Assembly (NCBI RefSeq): GCF_963921235.1
Contig: NC_086097.1
Span: 153,266,001 to 153,330,000 of the forward strand
DNA length: 64,000 nt
Direction: 5' to 3'
DNA from: Mobula hypostoma
Taxonomy: Eukaryota
The notes beneath the pieces were generated by a model, which worked only from the letters and a program-made list of their open reading frames with translations, did no database searches and had not been told where the DNA came from. Numbering within the stretch: the first letter of the stretch is position 1; each line of letters opens with the position of its first letter. Positions 60,601-64,000 of this stretch are shown piece after piece. Position numbers and translations under genes: made by a program.

Positions 60601-62003
60601 CAATTCATCCTACCAACAGCTCTTCTAGCATCCTATGGCCTCTACCTGTCCCCCAGTGCCAGTTATCCTACATTACCATGGATTTCCTTAAGGTATTGCC
60701 ACCCTCTGATGGGGTCTTGGCAATCATGACAATCGTGGACCAGTTCTCCAAGGTGGGTCCACTACATTGCCCTCCCAAAACTTCCGTCAGCTACTGAGAC
60801 AGCAGACCTGGGTCTTCACGTATAGTTCACGTCTACGGTTTCTCTCAGGACATTGGGTCAGACTAGGGCCCACAATTGGTCTCCTGCTTCTGGCAAGACT
60901 TCTGCTCCCTCCTGCGCATCTCAGTGAGTTTGTCCTCTGGCTATCATCTGCAGACAAGCAGTCAGTCAGAAAGAGCCAATCATTAAATGGAGAAGTTTCT
61001 GTCTCAACCCCTTTTTGAAGTATTTCATGGTTGCCAACTTCCATTGTTCCCCGCAGAGGAGCCAACGGTGGCTGTCCCGTCTGCCAGGACCCAGGTTTAC
61101 CCATGCTGGAATGATTGGAAGGGAGCACAGAGGGCCATACTAGGTGCACTGCGCCTACTGCCACGATGCTAACCGGTGTCAGACAGACTACTCTGGCCAG
61201 GTGACTATATTTGGTTATCCACCCGTGATCTGCCTTTGCGCATCAATTCCCACAAGCTGTCATCCTGGTTCATTGGCCCTTTTAAGAATAACTGTCGCAT
61301 CAACCCAGTCACTTACTATCTCTATCTACCACTGTTCCTCAGGATCACACCTACCTTCCACATGTCCTGACTCAAGCTCGTGGCCCACGGACCACTCACC
61401 CCACGAAGCCTGCACTTCTGTTACTTAGGATGGTAAAAGGTGGTCCAGTGAACACAGTTCACCACCTGATGGATTTATGTTGTCGTAAGTCGGGTGTGCA
61501 GTACCTGGTGGACTGGCAAGGGTACTTGATGATAACTTTAGGGACGAGACTTGAGGAGAGGATTTGGGTTCCGTTCGATTTCATCTTGGATTCTTTGCTC
61601 ATTGAGGAGTTCCACTGGAGCTATCCTAATTGTCCTGGGTGGTTGGGTGCTGACCGTAGGAGGTGGAGGGGGGTTTCTGTCAGGCCTACACAGGTAAGCA
61701 CCTTCCAGTCTCCACTCAGCTAACAGGACTCACCTGTCATTCACTTCTAACTCATCGCCTGTAGCCTATTTAAACCTGGCTCTCATCCACAGTCCTTGTC
61801 CACTCATCAAACCATCCAGCCTCAATCAGTTGCCCCTGGCATTCAGTTACCTTGTTGCCTGTGGTGTTTCATACCTGATATTTCTTATTTGGTGGCCCCC
61901 TGATAGCTTGTTATTTTGCAGTTTATTATTAAAGTTATCACTCACTGTTATGACATCGCCGCTGCTTTGCTTTAGGGTCAAGCCTCCGATACATTTACCG
62001 ACA
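57680..62003 (+). mobile_element. Older degenerate chromovirus (Ty3/Gypsy)
   Basis: Partial 5' LTR 57680-57880 and 3' LTR 61678-62003 after the PPT AGGAGGTGGAGGGGGG. Protease remnant MESGAAGNF, RT, RNase H and integrase remnants (ITMDF, IVDQFSK), and chromodomain VQYLVDWQGY...EERIW. Confidence 0.9.
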
Positions 62004-62559
62004 CTGTCAACTTATGATCCCAACCTGCCTAATATATTAAACAACCAACTCTCATTGCTATGCATCTGCATGAAATTTAGTTCATACATTTTAGTAGATG
62101 TCACTGTAGTCATGTCCCATTTTAAACACCTTGGTTACATGACAACTCATATCCAAAATAAAAGGATTTTCATTATTCATCAATAACATCAATAGGCAGA
62201 GTGATTCTCTATTTCAGTCATAAATCTGACAAGTAATGCTACATTGTGAAAGATTTGTTTGCTTGTAATATTTGTGTTTTTGACTCTTAACAGCTCTTAA
62301 TGTATTTGTAGGCATGACTCAGCACTGTATCTTGTTTGTTCAGTGATTTTGGAAGCTGGTCACTTGAGTGTCATTGATCAATGTTCAGGTGCTAATTTCA
62401 GATCCTGCAATTGAACCGTTTCAAGAAAGTTTAGGCAATGCATAAGGAATTGCTGTCTGTTTCAAGGCCCTATGTTCTATTTTTCTAGTCATACTAAAGA
62501 CACGTGTGTGTGCGCGAGTGCGCATGTGTGTGTGTGTCCTAATGTGTTTGCAATAGAGT

Positions 62560-64000
62560 TTAATGCCCAGTTATCCTGGATCAGGTGCTAGCCCTGTCAA
62601 GCATATGCATATGTGGTAGTTGGTACTGGAAGATCAGTAACCTGCTTTAAGAAACTTCTTGTTCTACCTCAAATTGTTGGTCTTCCACCACAGGACAACC
62701 TCCAGTAGGGAATCCTGCTAATGGCACATTCCAGGCTGCAGGCATACATGCTAAGGTACACACAATGGCTTTGTGGTGAAAAAAGTCAGTCTAGGCTCCT
62801 TCTGCTACTGTACAAGGAGGGGCTGACTTGGTTGTGGAAGACCCTTAAATATTGAAATGGTTATTACCCCAAGAGGAGCACTTGAGTGGCAATAACGCTG
62901 TGGTTTAAAAACAAAGTTAATACTACTGAATGTATTGACCACCAATGTAAAACTTATGCACTGCGTTTATTCTTTAATAGATTTTTTTGTCAAGGTAACA
63001 TTCTCTAAACTGAAATTCAAGACCTGGAATATCAAGACCATCATGGAAGCACTCTCCCCCCACCCCCAATATTTGACAGGTTTGACCATCAGTTTGTTCT
63101 CATAGCCCAAAAGTTTAAACCCTTTGGACTTGCAGTAGTCTCCATCTGTGAGGCGTGTTGGGCCAGAAATAGCCTGTTCAGAGAGCATTGTGATGGTACA
63201 CTTTCTTGTAGATGGAAAAACGACAAGATGCATGCTACTTTCATAGGGTGATTTTGCCATTAAGAATGAGCTGGTCTAGTGACTCCTCCCGTGGGATAAG
63301 TGAATATTCACAGCATTCCACTAATCATTAGCAACTTTTTCTATTCAACTTGAAGTATTTCGTCCACCATCACCGCACACCTATTCAAAATAGAAGTCAA
63401 AAATCCAGATCTTAATTGGAACTCAATGGAACATAAGGCAGGCAATAACACCACTGAAGTCTTAAATCTTGATGGAACGGTGACATATTCATAACATTAT
63501 TTTCCATCATTTCATATTGAAATGAGATGTATTTTGTTGTGGTCTGTCTGCTATTAGCCACAAAGAAAGTTCTTCCTACTGATCAAAAAGCCACTCGCAG
63601 AATTCCAACCACATAAAGATGGAATGGATGCAATAAGAGGCTAAATGGTATCACGACATAAGAAAACGAAATAGGCATATGAGTAAGCACCAGTATTCAA
63701 ATCCCTTTACCTCAGCTCCATTTTCTGTCCTCCTCCACCTAATGAAATAAGAAATGATTACTTACAACAGACACATCAAGGCACTCGAGGAACATTCCAA
63801 TACAATCTTCCAAGTTCACAGGCAGGAGAAGCAAACCAATATTTGTGAACTTTTGTGGGCAATCATCATCAACAATGAGACTCCAATTACACCCACTCAA
63901 CTTTGAATGGTGAACTATATCATATGCATACCTGGCACTAGATTCCCAATCAAACTCACTGCTCCTATCACTGTGATGGTGAGATAGGACTAGGAAGGAA
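62560..64000 (+). mobile_element. Old RTE LINE (5' UTR, APE start, RT C-terminal remnants), internally deleted
   Basis: Remnants LKFKTWNIKTIM, FAIKNELV and RHIKALE...IPGTRFP. Confidence 0.65.

Noticed and set aside
62560..62820. HDV-like ribozyme in the old RTE 5' UTR
   Set aside because: I could not assign consistent P1 and P2 pairings; the sequence is too decayed.
1..64000. CRISPR array, operon or prokaryotic defence system
   Set aside because: There is no regular repeat-spacer array and no gene-dense coding. The content is vertebrate transposon DNA.

Overview
Eukaryotic, repeat-dominated DNA. By my family recognition it is most consistent with a cartilaginous fish (ray or shark): CR1 LINEs with short-unit tails, V-domain tRNA-SINEs, Rex1/Babar LINEs and Penelope elements with inverted ends. 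I found no intact host gene, prokaryotic feature or CRISPR array. Most of the window is decayed, nested mobile DNA. It holds three Ty3/Gypsy elements: a minus-strand element with PNMA-like Gag (8.5-15.3 kb) and two chromodomain-bearing Tf1/sushi-type elements (34.4-42.2 kb, which carries a hAT transposon, and 57.7-62.0 kb). It also holds many CR1, Rex1 and RTE fragments, a near-complete APE-RT LINE ORF2 (23.8-27.4 kb), a Penelope GIY-YIG fragment inside a solo LTR, SINEs and MITEs. The most notable observation is a ~527-bp non-coding element (31938-32464, minus strand) flanked by a target-site duplication (TSD). Its first nucleotide starts a complete HDV-like ribozyme double-pseudoknot topology. 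Also notable are an 11-nt Tf1-type self-priming complementarity, a dead Penelope hammerhead, a LINE-associated deletion and two weak candidate exons. All alignments and family assignments were made by eye, without database searches.
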